From: a virus | Taxonomy: Duplodnaviria > Caudoviricetes | Reading direction: 5' to 3' (one strand) | IMG/VR virus record: IMGVR_UViG_3300027278_000012 | Location: 1 to 64,000 of that record | DNA length: 64,000 nucleotides | Shown here: piece by piece, positions 23,001 to 30,100 of the stretch | Layout: each line of letters begins with the position of its first letter | Numbering within the stretch: the first letter of the stretch is position 1 | Position numbers and translations under genes: made by a program | The notes under the pieces: model-generated | What the model was told of the DNA's origin: nothing | What the model saw: the letters and a program-made list of their open reading frames with translations, nothing else | Database searches by the model: none

Positions 23001-26000
23001 AATGCATACAATGAGTTATTGAATAGACTTGGTGTTGTAGATCTTGGAGATACATATGCTCTTGAGAATAATCAAATCATATCAGAAACTCTTATGTATG
23101 AGATGATGAGAAGAGATCTTTCTGAGAATGCTAAAGATACAATTCAGCTAGATGAGAATGGTGAATTCCCAATACCATTTGAAGCATCTCCTTCTTATAT
23201 ACAGATTAAGAATATTCTTTATTCTATGGTGAATAAAGCATTAATTTCTCCTGCAATGAGTGGAGCTCCACATGTACAGGCTCCTGTTACAATGTTTGAA
23301 CAAGCTACAGAGGGAAGAAGTTTTGCTAGAAAGATTGATAACAAATGGGTTAAGATTACTAAAGCTCAATATAAAGCTCTTACAGAAGAAGAAAAGAAGG
23401 GTGTGATGCTTACAGACGATACACTTAAGTTCTATGAAGATAAAGATGGTAAACGCTATTGTGAAGTGTTACTTCCTCATTGGTTTAAGAATAAGTTTGG
23501 AAAGATGACAGATGACCAAATTCTTAAGTATTTAGATACAGATGAAGGTAGAAAGATATTAACTGGTATAGGTTTTCGTATTCCTACACAAGCTCTTTCA
23601 TCTATGGAAGTATTTAAAGTGAAAGGATTCCTTCCTCAATATATGGGCTATACAGTGATAGTTCCTTCTGAAATTACTACTAAAGCAGGATCGGATTTTG
23701 ATATTGATAAATTGAACATGTACCTTAAATCTATATACACAGATAAAAATGGAAATGTTAAATTAGTTAAATGGTTAGGAACAGAACAAGCTACAAAAGA
23801 TTTCTTCACTAAGGTGTATGATGAATCAACAGAAAGAAAAGCTTTAAAGAAAGCAGAACTTATAGAAGCTGTTGATACATTGGTCTATGGACTAGATGAT
23901 ACAAAAGGATTAATAAAGAAATATGGAGAATACATTCTATCTATACAAGATAAGTATGATGATCCTTTTGCATTTAGAGCTGAGATGGAAAAAGAGTTAG
24001 ATAAACTAACTGATGATAATATAAATGCTGAATTGAGACAAGCTTATATAAATAATATGTATAAGAAATCTCTTGAGAATGAATACTATGATTCATTAGA
24101 AGAACTTCTTACACTTCCTGAAAACTTCAATAGATTAATTACACCTGTTGATGATGCAGGTCTTGAGAAAATTGCTGAGTTGTTAGATGAAAAAAGAGGA
24201 TATAATGAATCAAATATAAAAGGAAGACTTATCAATAGAAACTTCATGACCAATATGCGTCATGCATTTATCACTGGTAAGAGATGGGTAGGTATTGCAG
24301 CTGTTAATATTACAAACCTTTCATTAAGACAGAAGAGTAAAGTGTATTTAGATCCTTCTAAGATTACATCTTTATCTGCAAGAGAACGTGAGTTTGTAGA
24401 AGACCTTGTAGGAAATATTAGCATAGTTCTTCCACATAATACATTAGATGTTGAAGGAAAAACATATGTTTCGTTATCTGGAACAAGAACAGCTGATCTT
24501 AAACAACTTATTTCACAAAGACTATCTGGATATGCTACAGCATTTGTGGATATTGCTAACAAACCTTTCATCACTAAGATTATAAAAAGTGATACAGTGG
24601 TGTCTACATTTATGTTCTTAGAAGCTATTGGTGCTGGTAATACAGGAATCTATTTCTTAAACCAACCAATCATTGAGAAGTATTTAGAATACTTAGATAG
24701 TATTGGATCAAAGAGTGTTATGGGAAAAGATAATCTTTCTTATATTAGAGATCAATTCCCTACAACAGAAAAAGCAATGAGAGATGCTAGAATATCTGTA
24801 GATCAATTATTAGATAACATACAAGAGTATAGTGAGAAAGGTGAATTTGATCAACGTAAAAATGCTGAGCAACAATTGATATTGAATGAATTCATTAAAT
24901 ACAAAATATTAGCAGATCAATTATTTAGTTATACACAGTCTACAAACTATGATACAACAAGGTTTGGTAGTTCAGATGCTCTTCTTAAGAAAGAATGGGC
25001 TACATTCAACACTAGCAACTTTAACTTGATATCTAATGTAGATGAGGTGTTGGCTAATACATTTATAGGTAAACAAGCTGAACTTCTTTCTAAATCATTT
25101 GCATCCTTTGGTGCTATAATGAAGACAGAACTTCCTGAGATAAAAGCATACACTATTGCTACATTGAAAAAATATGCTACAAGAAAATACATGTCATCTG
25201 ATGATTATGAAAAGATAGCTAACTTAATCAAGAATTCTTTTGTAGATTATGTTATTCAGAATAATACAACTATATCTAACATGGTTGAACCTTTGCTTGT
25301 GAATTCTGAAACTGCAGTGGTTAATCAATTAGAACAAGCTAAGCAGAAGTATCCTAATATGCAGATACTAAAAGATCTTATTCCTGTACTAGGGAATAGA
25401 GATGGAAGTGCTAAGTCTATACAGCTTAAAGCAAATGTTAAAGATGCATATAGTGAGAACTTATATGTAGGTATGATGAGAGAGATGAGAGACATTCCAG
25501 AACTTAATAATCTGTATAATAACATTGTCAATGTTGCTATATTACAAGGAGTGGGTCAATCTGCTATATCTATAAGAAACATTATTCCTGTAGAAGATTA
25601 TGCAGCTAAGATTGCTCCTATTATACAACAGCTTACACCAAACCCAACATTAGATGCTTTCGAGAATGGAATGTTTGAAAGAAACAATTTCACAAACAAA
25701 GATGTAATCACTGATTTCACACCATATGTGTACACACCAGAGCCTGATGAGAATGGACAATACAATGAACTAAGTATAAGAACTAATCCTAATACAGGAG
25801 AAGATGAATTAGTTCATTTCTTACCAGCATTTACATCAATGAAAGGAGTTTCTAAAACATCAAGAAGATTATTAATGTTAAGTGATAGATTTAATTCATT
25901 TCAGTTGTCTTCTGATTTCTTAAGAATACCTAAAGTGATCACTGATAAGAATAGTGATGATGGTAAGAAGGTTAATGTAATGACAGGAATAGAAGTTACA

Positions 26001-27197
26001 AAAGCTGACTATGCTAAAATGAAACAAAAAGGTTCACAAGATCTTTATGATTCATATTATTATAAGAAGGTGTACACAACTAACAAAGATAAGTTTGGTA
26101 ATCCTATTCCATTAACAACCATTGGTGCTACTAAGCAAGGTGACCCTTTGACTAATTACTATTATAAACTAATCAATGTGTATGGAGATGGTAATAGAGC
26201 TGTAGAGTTTAATAAAGAGTTTGGCCCTTCTGTTATTGATAATGGATCAATGAGAATCAAGCAAGAGTTGAATGATCAAGATATTGTTAATCAATTTGCT
26301 TCACAGATTGCAGAAGAAGTTGTATCTTTACCAACAGAAGAAGAAATAGTTGCACCTACACAAATGATTGGAAAACCAAAAGGAGTAGAAGTTAAAGAAG
26401 GAATCTATGTAAACCAAGAAGCTTTGTCTAAAGATGAGCAACTTGAATTATTTGATTATCTAAAACCATTCTTAGAAGAACAAGCTGCTAAAACTAATAA
26501 AGGAGAAGCTGCTAGTAAAATGATTGGATTAGGATTGAGATGGGATTATAAGTCAAACAATCCTGGAAAACAAGCTATGAATATTCCAGATGTTATCAAT
26601 CCAGGAAACAAAACTAAATATGGATACTATGATAGTTCTATTAACAATCAACCTTTGGCACCTATCACTCCTCGTTTTAGAGAGTTAATGCAAAAGGCTA
26701 CAGGTGTAGATATGACTAATTATGATGGTGCCATTATTAATCTTTATGAACCTAATAGTTTTATTAGTTCTCATAATGATGTAGATGAAAGTAGATCCGC
26801 AATTGGTTATCCTGTAATAGGAATTAACATTGGTGGTACAGGAAACTTCTCTATTGAATCAAGAGATGGTGCTCCTAAACAATTAAATCTTAAAGCAGGT
26901 GCAGGATATGTATTTGGTGTTGATGGTGTAAACAGAGAAGTTTATCATAGAACTTTTGCTAAACCTCAAGATAGTTTCTTACCAGAATTAACAACTAAAT
27001 TAGATGGTAAAGCTTACGAACCAGGTTCATATAGAGTGACAGTTACAATGAGAAGAGTATTGCCTTTAGAACTAGGTATGCCTAGTAAACCAACTATTAT
27101 ATCTACAGAAACTATAAGTGAAAAACCTGAAGGAATAACTCAAGAAGAATGGGATGGCTTATCTCAAGAAGAAAAGAATAAAATAAACGAATGTTAA
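14067..27197 (+). CDS. Giant virion-encapsidated RNA polymerase (crAss-like single-chain two-barrel RNAP) with a zincin HExxH motif and a C-terminal AlkB-like 2OG-Fe(II) dioxygenase domain
   Basis: GFRIPTQ...PSEITTKAGSDFDIDKL, with DFDID at 23694-23708, is the catalytic motif of the phi14:2 gp66-type vRNAP. HEIGH lies at 19581-19595. AlkB motifs are HND (26772), YHR (His at 26946) and RVTVTMR (27033-27053). Confidence 0.9.
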   Translation: MPDFDKNLQPIIESTKFPGFDLNVQEVRPQPMPDLLSGFGGGTSDHTEKDIYDILGQAQANSRQKGRGVRVMDAQLVANKRYDFFNPTIENYEDFASYGQSGWEKARNGVLKGTNLAGTTVLGGFGMLYGIGKSLFGSEHKLSSIWDNEIMQGLDKWNNKVDQEYLPNYYSEKETNADWYDRDNWMTTNFLFDKVIKNAGFAVGAVYSGNIANGVLGAAGAVIGESAMARAIAMESSQVFKAFAPLLKNTARAFSKAKNIEASEVLKKGITSIADVADQSSQIAKIAKITNQFNNFSDAARRTAIAAYSSGGEATFEALQTSNEHRTNLINNYKNTHGGVGPTGKDLSDIDNEVADVGRASFLGNMALLSITEYVQLPKLLGSSYAAERQASNSLLGKADDVLLDKGKYIAKEATTKFGKLYNRAAGVSRYVFDPKEGGQELGQYALQVGTQNYYKKSRETGAANMWTDGFVYGFVGTDEKGEDVGALTSKAGAEGGIIGAFTGGVMQARSTYATKKQAKTGTANFLNLLNDAPTFRDAFKDKLDSANRGIKLQEQQQDAVLSGDKLEAIDLRSDMAINYLSARIKYGRMDMVQDDIADLRQYSITEEGLASLKEQGLANINDTRESYQKRLDSFETMSKNIEQIYKATDLMYSGAILKDEKGDPVVSPDGKQLRKYSPHVIDKMVYSASKITDYDLRIPAVNASLIAAGVNTMDVLQSIILNNKPSREATDAALKQINELDIRSDLKDQLKADLSDVIELSLRRKLFLQEHADITKNPLNYEYNPEFEFGESEELDVKVEQQEKVKGKRKPLITEKELEVNKEYSLKEPLRKEGSTLQLAPKITVLSQTLGGEFEVRLPNGQIKFLTPTEFKEYNISDEDNTSEEMGDILDKAIDTVLDKEEYADYKDQLEIAGAENVFSKREFINDLDDQKLIDAIEKEFNAKTKDLLAQREKERIAKEKLAATKETLDKELEKLAPTGGSVETVNIVAGEIIGTEDKRPDVSIVFLKTISPSEEEKNKETNNIPHIKRARTFLNNLKFFKNRNKIKAIIVTPNNAEALGLKGIVQLSNNKLEFNEDGSVIDNLTKEETDVEMGFMAQVFITQTAEGDFFVNEKGEKLSKIGPGNPTILNDVVFQTMTSASLTTEGGYTKIRKGQEEKAEIALEAYKIFRADVFAQEGYTPYSFSISRGIPNQIVVNGVYEDNHMSDILGPNAEKIIAEHNGLIEVVTTGQVENNAELLSFNEGTALIRFGDLLDFANNKVLTNKQAQNVFAVIDAMAKDLIAKSSTAKAGRPDYGYITFLKNVLYFKFKGNPTTPSQISLDTKTMEFRIGDKSFDLFKIADNKQAITNALQDAFISVNNKTLAEGTSKKFTEYVTDKDGNLTKVVWTNYQSFLLSGKNPDGSKRSTGETPLITHTAKPTDNLNSYKQKYAFITDTGVLPYDRVPVKEVKPAPVATTPGVKKIGKYEVNNGKEETLEVGSGPVLFTATLSPEGVIDVDMKDNDTIEALSTNQGKLNEFEQKLTSGASKEYKDAYEKLSNEEQVKLFLSTAIKQMLEKEYATQLEAPVVEEVVQPIAPPEVVAQQDVEAKKADIENNDFVIKIKKIGQSYAGGKQFVNTKQTGKEFLEQVNYEMYGEKVQAEHLLYFKDKFDGALYDLINRGYKELTGKTFEEYDAELAALEGGEETNIGKEITAVAPFNKGTITGKIISVTENKAKKGLYSITLDNGERVSGSFEDNKFTWIQNEDTPSEKPYDPSKLKGRDDAPEFRMVGAADVSDRMTNAELEIFKQWHAEKVPFIPFEVLERMVNVNDTEEAWGVFENGVAKFVRGGLRGTEYHEIGHGIWTMLSTEEQEALLNEFRSKPGTFTDRQSGKKIEHIDATDTQAEERIWDDFSDFRLGKLPARSLGERVRRLFKMVMDFFKSFGSKPSLKDELFEAIEAGRFKETKLSKRAKTMAPKYRAIEGLTEEQTNNYINDMVVQASRIIFREGNKDVLFNPEKLTGSQVFDKVREDYESRGAITALGEKRYNELVKRTIDSIRTRGISFNAEEVVSINDENANGKEYAQDTFSVDWKKHSTGALKFLLSTLAERKALNQNNVQKGTPLKPAEFNFSKEGYKVLNFNRVFATLLDRLHGTNDPAEFTEKFIQLAKEDSNYLPLFVSLGGNPVTHTFDFADPNKFKESDWKLFIQFFNTFTRQKPDALIQYISEEGDVYTGSANIFTTVKATVDSWVDNMKVIGKGPGGLISYDKANKVYKIDTTLKTGIKSLPTKQYQDMLSFLGKIGVEFPIGTYQALTNREIIVKGETTTEIKEFNKAVAQIKAYLGKNNELMTFDAKKLDIGGPLRTLAGLYTRVNNPNQDSTYFGVEGQRIGSFSENNAPSYFENTFNESKTLTELLEKMPQLNDVYSRGSEILKPGGLFFNKDGERIATISVGYIQGSKNELTGKDKSTAKLAKGERFVQEMNQNINGNYYVLIPGDSSTEWMMNLGNVISMDDVMSGDHWGKVYSIYSNYLTDDINLALENRKQNIYQRARSQELRIMRDILPQNIVEDIEEMIENINLNFEDYTYDDIQDYISANKKEIDASVKSFIEGTSEGTFDTLINSNQIRMVGENKYSLDKFDTEFLKKYNLNGQVSLDEVMNLINFTNINYAINNQEYHKILFGDPYQFKTEKGKLDETKRIKSFLSGRRRTFDHPDYNNFLKTTYNNVDGVELDDKTPGYHEYKEYANTITFDDVEIVGSTVNINTDYAKVNETDAMSWLMDATHKEIALKEGQWSDEAEAFHQWHMAYTRRAFDKKGIKAYTSEQLKAKDAKLLESPIPKHKLAVRKPIISGNKNNKTELDIVLDKTSQMPLYYHMVEDTSLGTIYEQMFDQNIGYGIVISGRKVGSEGNHNIYVDGKVNTAKFENIVEVPWKIYGTQVETMSEGEKTQTRGSQPTKVATMDLYENGEPIGDTPERKEVIRKAVKRHDGTLDMLNENAYNELLNRLGVVDLGDTYALENNQIISETLMYEMMRRDLSENAKDTIQLDENGEFPIPFEASPSYIQIKNILYSMVNKALISPAMSGAPHVQAPVTMFEQATEGRSFARKIDNKWVKITKAQYKALTEEEKKGVMLTDDTLKFYEDKDGKRYCEVLLPHWFKNKFGKMTDDQILKYLDTDEGRKILTGIGFRIPTQALSSMEVFKVKGFLPQYMGYTVIVPSEITTKAGSDFDIDKLNMYLKSIYTDKNGNVKLVKWLGTEQATKDFFTKVYDESTERKALKKAELIEAVDTLVYGLDDTKGLIKKYGEYILSIQDKYDDPFAFRAEMEKELDKLTDDNINAELRQAYINNMYKKSLENEYYDSLEELLTLPENFNRLITPVDDAGLEKIAELLDEKRGYNESNIKGRLINRNFMTNMRHAFITGKRWVGIAAVNITNLSLRQKSKVYLDPSKITSLSAREREFVEDLVGNISIVLPHNTLDVEGKTYVSLSGTRTADLKQLISQRLSGYATAFVDIANKPFITKIIKSDTVVSTFMFLEAIGAGNTGIYFLNQPIIEKYLEYLDSIGSKSVMGKDNLSYIRDQFPTTEKAMRDARISVDQLLDNIQEYSEKGEFDQRKNAEQQLILNEFIKYKILADQLFSYTQSTNYDTTRFGSSDALLKKEWATFNTSNFNLISNVDEVLANTFIGKQAELLSKSFASFGAIMKTELPEIKAYTIATLKKYATRKYMSSDDYEKIANLIKNSFVDYVIQNNTTISNMVEPLLVNSETAVVNQLEQAKQKYPNMQILKDLIPVLGNRDGSAKSIQLKANVKDAYSENLYVGMMREMRDIPELNNLYNNIVNVAILQGVGQSAISIRNIIPVEDYAAKIAPIIQQLTPNPTLDAFENGMFERNNFTNKDVITDFTPYVYTPEPDENGQYNELSIRTNPNTGEDELVHFLPAFTSMKGVSKTSRRLLMLSDRFNSFQLSSDFLRIPKVITDKNSDDGKKVNVMTGIEVTKADYAKMKQKGSQDLYDSYYYKKVYTTNKDKFGNPIPLTTIGATKQGDPLTNYYYKLINVYGDGNRAVEFNKEFGPSVIDNGSMRIKQELNDQDIVNQFASQIAEEVVSLPTEEEIVAPTQMIGKPKGVEVKEGIYVNQEALSKDEQLELFDYLKPFLEEQAAKTNKGEAASKMIGLGLRWDYKSNNPGKQAMNIPDVINPGNKTKYGYYDSSINNQPLAPITPRFRELMQKATGVDMTNYDGAIINLYEPNSFISSHNDVDESRSAIGYPVIGINIGGTGNFSIESRDGAPKQLNLKAGAGYVFGVDGVNREVYHRTFAKPQDSFLPELTTKLDGKAYEPGSYRVTVTMRRVLPLELGMPSKPTIISTETISEKPEGITQEEWDGLSQEEKNKINEC

Positions 27198-27198
27198 T

Positions 27199-30100
27199 AT
27201 GGCACATTGTGTAAATAGAAGTTCTCCAGAATTTATAGCATTAGCTGAACAATCTAATATCAATCCAATAATTCTTGCTGCAAAGGTTTCTTTGTGGCAG
27301 GAAGAAAACGGATTAGATAATTTTCCTGCATTAGAAGATGTAGTAAAAACTACAGAGGAAGAAGTTATAGAACAGGAAGCTTCTCCAAAACTAATTAGTT
27401 TAATGAAGGAATTCATTAAATCAATTGGTGTTGATTACAAACTTGTTAGCGATATTGTTGTAGATGGTGTTAAACAAGATGCAAATGGTGTAGCTCTTAT
27501 AATGCAAAAGCTTATTCAAGTGGTAGAAGGACAAGAAGATGTAGCTCTTCCAGAAGAAGCTATGCACTTTGCTGTTGAGATTATAAGACAAACTAATCCA
27601 AAACTATATCAACAATTACTAAAAGAAATAAATGGACATCCTAAGTTAAATGCTGTAATAGCTTTATATGGTAATGATCCAGCTTATCAGAAAGATGGAG
27701 TTAGAGATATAGTAAAACTTAAAGAAGAAGCTATTGCTCAAGTGTTAGCTAATAGATTAGAAGATGTTGTAGGAAGAACTTGGTTTCAAAAAATTATTGA
27801 TTTTCTAACACCTAGATTCATGAAAGCTGGATTTGATAAAGCTTCTATGGATGTTCTATCAGGTAAGATAGCTAGTGTAGAAGATATAGATGTTTCTCAA
27901 AGAGGTGCTTATTTCCAACTCTCTACTGGAGAAAGAGTGTTTAATGATTTACTAGAAACATCTAAGAGAATAAAAACAAAAGATGGAGGATATGAATTAG
28001 ATGGTATAAAATCTGTAAGAAGGGTTTCTGATTTTGCTAAAGAATTCTATGAAAGAATATTTCCACCATCAGCTAAGTCTGAATTTGAAGATGCTGTAAA
28101 CTCACTTAAAGCAGAGAAAGGAACAGCAGGACATACTGATATTGAATATGCACTTAAGATGCTTGTAGATCCTACAACAGGACTTCTTAGAGAAGAAATG
28201 GAAGATGATAGTGATTACATATCAAAGCTTAATCCTAATGATAGAAGGATGTATGAGATACTTAGAGATAATCTAAAAGAACGTCTATTGGCTATTGATG
28301 AGAAGGCTCCTGGAACTAGATTTATGTCTGAGGTAAAGATATTTGATAAGAAAAGAAAAATTGCTGGTACAGTGGATTTTATTGCTGTTACTCCTGATGG
28401 AAAGACTAGCATTCTTGACTGGAAGTTTATGGATCTTAATACAGATAGGTATGAAGATGTTCCTTGGTATAAAGTGGAAGCTTGGAGAATACAGATGGGT
28501 AAGTATAAAGATATCATCTCTACTAACTATGGTGTAAAGAGTCAAGACTTTGATCAAACAAGAATGATTCCTATATTGGCTAAATATACAAAAGCTGATT
28601 TTGAAAAACAAATTCTTCCTAGACTTTTAGAAGTGAAAATAGGAAGTGCAAACATTCAAAACATTGAAGAAGATTACTTACTTCCTGTAGGTTTAGCAGA
28701 TGAGAAAACAGGAAACAAAAAGATTGATAAATTAATTGAGCAGTTCAATGCTACTTACAGAAAACTTGCTGAAGAAAAAGTTAATGAATCTGAAAGATCA
28801 AGTAAAGCTGAACAATTAAATGCTTTGTATAAAGCTATTAGACATTTACAAATTAAAGGAAACGTTGTTCCATTAATTAATCAAGCTAAGATATTAAACA
28901 AACAAGTGTCAATGTTGTTGAAAAGATACAACACTGACTTTGAAGGAAAGGACCCTTCAGAAGTAGATGCAGATAAGATAAATGCTTTTGCAGGAATGAT
29001 TAGAATTCACTTAGAAGCATTGCAACCATACTTAAATCTTAAACAATTAGGAACATTACTTACTGATGAAACAGAAGAAAATGATAAACTAAAACTAGAA
29101 CTTGGAGCTACAAGAGATAAAGTTGAAGATTATATATTTCAACTTGAAGAACTAGATGAAACTTTTGGAGAGAAATTTAATAATACTAGTAGTACACCAG
29201 AAAAAGTTGTAAAAGGTATTACTAAATGGTTCTCTAGTATATCTACAATACAAGTTGCAAACATTCAAACATTATATAAACTTGCTAATAAAGCATTTGG
29301 TTTATCTAATATAGAAACTTTAGAACAGGTAAAAAGATTAAATGTTTTAAAAGATGAATACACTAAGTGGGCATCTAGTAAAGGATTGAGTATTGGTAAC
29401 TATTTTAATATTCTTATGAAGAAAGATAAGAATGAACTAATAGATCAATACGATAAAAAGTTTTATGATGAGTTGAAATCAAGAATAGCAAAAAAAGATG
29501 TTGATTGGATTTTAGATAATGTTAACAAAGATTTATATAGAGAGCACTTAGAAGAACTAACAGAAAAAGAAATACAATATATATTATCAAGACCTAGAGT
29601 TGGTACAGAAGAAGAAGTTAAAGCTTCTATCAAAAGAGACATGGCTAAGGTTTATGCTAAATATGATATTCAGAACAAAAATTCTAATGGTTGGTTGATG
29701 TATAAAGAAGTTAGGCAGTTCCCAAAAACAGATAAATGGGAATCTGAGGAATGGAAAGAACTAAACAAACCAGAGAATGCACCAGCTAAAAAATTCTATG
29801 ATTATATTGTAGAAAGAAATAAATATTTCCAATCAGTAGAATACTTAAATGGTAAAGCTTCAAGAAAGTTTCTTCCATGGATAAGAAAAGGTTTTACAGA
29901 AGGACTTGTATTTGAAGGTAAGTCTAGAGGACTTGGTGAACAATTCCTTAGAAACATATCAATGGATGAGAATGAAGCTGGATATGGTCAAACAGATCCT
30001 ATTACAGGAGAGTTAATAAATTCTGTTCCTAAGTATTTTACAAAAGATCTTGGAGAAGGTTATTCTACAGACTTGTTTAAAACAATGGCTTTATATAATG

